A program made the translations under genes and the position numbers. This document shows, one piece after another, positions 63,236-64,000 of a DNA stretch of 64,000 nucleotides. The notes beneath the pieces were generated by a model, which worked only from the letters and a program-made list of their open reading frames with translations, was not told where the DNA came from and did not search any database. Location of the stretch: positions 6,853 through 70,852 of the forward strand of contig CAYGMD010000001.1 in assembly GCA_964350785.1 (NCBI GenBank), written 5' to 3'. Positions within the stretch are counted from its first letter, which is position 1; the number at the start of each line of letters is the position of its first letter. This DNA is from an uncultured Acidobacterium sp. (lineage in GTDB: Bacteria; Acidobacteriota; Vicinamibacteria; Vicinamibacterales; UBA2999).

Positions 63236-64000
63236 CCTGATTGGCCCGGCTCACGCCGGACGCTACATTCTGGCCTGTGCTGCGCTGGTGCTGGTGGTGT
63301 CGGCGCCGGCCGCGGCCCAGCCCGCGGCGGCCTCGGGATGCGAGACGTGCCACAAGGATCATCCATTGCCGGCGCTCTCCGGGCCGGCCCGCGCGTTCGG
63401 TGGGACCGATGTCCACCGCGAACGCGGCTTCACCTGTGTTGATTGCCACGGCGGCAATCCCAGGGAAACCGACAAGGCGCGCGCCAAGGCGCCCGCCACC
63501 GGGTTCAAGGGCAAGCCGTCGGGCCAGGCGGTGATTGCCGTCTGCACGCGGTGCCACAGCGACGCCGCGCTGATGCGCAAGTACGCGCCCAGGCAGCGCG
63601 TCGACCAGGAAGCGGAATACGCCACCAGCGTGCACGGGCAGCAACTGGCCAGGGGCGACACCAGGGTCGCGACCTGCATCAGTTGCCATGGCGCGCACGG
63701 GGTGCGGCTCGTGAGCGACGCCAGGTCGCCGGTCTATCCGGTCAACGTCGCCGCGACCTGCACGCAGTGTCACGCCGACCCGGAACGCATGAAGGGCTAC
63801 ACGCGGCCGGACGGATCGCCGCTGCCCACCGACCAGGGCGCCAAGTACGAGAAGAGCGTGCACCACGCCGCCATGGCGCAGCGCGACGACCTGTCGGCGC
63901 CGACCTGCAACGACTGCCACGGCAACCACGGCGCGGCCCCACCGGGCGTCGGCGCGGTGACCAACGTCTGCGGCACCTGCCACGGCGTGTTCGCCACCAA
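63216..64000 (+). CDS. multihaem c-type cytochrome subunit (3' end outside window)
   Basis: Not in the ORF track because there is no stop before the window end. ATG at 63216 overlaps the cytochrome b 3' end by 20 nt. [34 protein letters not shown] signal. At least 7 CxxCH motifs (CETCH, CVDCH, CTRCH, CISCH, CTQCH, CNDCH, CGTCH). Confidence 0.85.
   Translation, partial: MATWLRNLIGPAHAGRYILACAALVLVVSAPAAAQPAAASGCETCHKDHPLPALSGPARAFGGTDVHRERGFTCVDCHGGNPRETDKARAKAPATGFKGKPSGQAVIAVCTRCHSDAALMRKYAPRQRVDQEAEYATSVHGQQLARGDTRVATCISCHGAHGVRLVSDARSPVYPVNVAATCTQCHADPERMKGYTRPDGSPLPTDQGAKYEKSVHHAAMAQRDDLSAPTCNDCHGNHGAAPPGVGAVTNVCGTCHGVFAT

Overview
High-GC bacterial chromosomal window, densely coded on both strands. 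Many long antisense shadow ORFs in the track were ignored. I saw no rRNA, tRNA, CRISPR array, transposase or integrase. Coordinates of CDSs come from the ORF track plus codon arithmetic. Coordinates of small non-coding motifs were read by eye and may be off by 1-2 nt.

Gene content, left to right:
- (1) metK with a promoter-plus-terminator leader, a VapBC-type and a HipBA-type toxin-antitoxin pair with visible operators, a CapA-family protein, an S9 peptidase, a VanX/DdpX-type dipeptidase and a DedA protein.
- (2) A peptide-scavenging cluster: a TonB-dependent receptor flanked by two M28 and one M42 aminopeptidase. It sits next to decayed genes (an LVIVD-repeat gene with two frameshifts and a truncated CocE/NonD hydrolase).
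- (3) A CBM9/DUF5916-like outer-membrane protein, an Omp85-family operon, a tandem Usp and two membrane-anchored SRPBCC proteins.
- (4) An 11-gene membrane-bound [NiFe]-hydrogenase operon with every junction overlapping: small ORF, small subunit, large subunit, cybH, protease, hypA, hypB, hypF, hypC, hypD, hypE.
- (5) A stress/redox block: a BON protein, a Usp-TM-cytochrome c fusion, an ADP-forming acyl-CoA synthetase, a Usp, two stand-alone receivers, a sigma-54 activator, a FixL-like haem-PAS kinase, a CBS protein, a DUF4136 lipoprotein and a VIT1-family transporter.
- (6) A multihaem locus ending in an MtrA/DmsE-type decahaem cytochrome and an MtrB/PioB-type porin. Upstream of these lie a nine-haem cytochrome plus b-type cytochrome pair and a 3-TM NapC/NirT-like cytochrome.
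- (7) A Rieske / cytochrome b / multihaem cytochrome c complex that runs off the window end.

Most interesting observations:
- The hybrid extracellular-electron-transfer-like locus in (6).
- A set of -24/-12 (sigma-54-type) promoter candidates in front of the hydrogenase, Usp, acyl-CoA synthetase, CBS and secreted-protein genes. Together with the FixL-like sensor and the GAFTGA activator they suggest an O2-responsive sigma-54 hypoxia regulon.
- A Usp-cytochrome c fusion.
- A Tat-exported hydrogenase small subunit whose second proximal-cluster Cys is Asn.

Several broken genes coincide with homopolymer runs. Assembly indel errors are therefore a realistic alternative to true pseudogenes.
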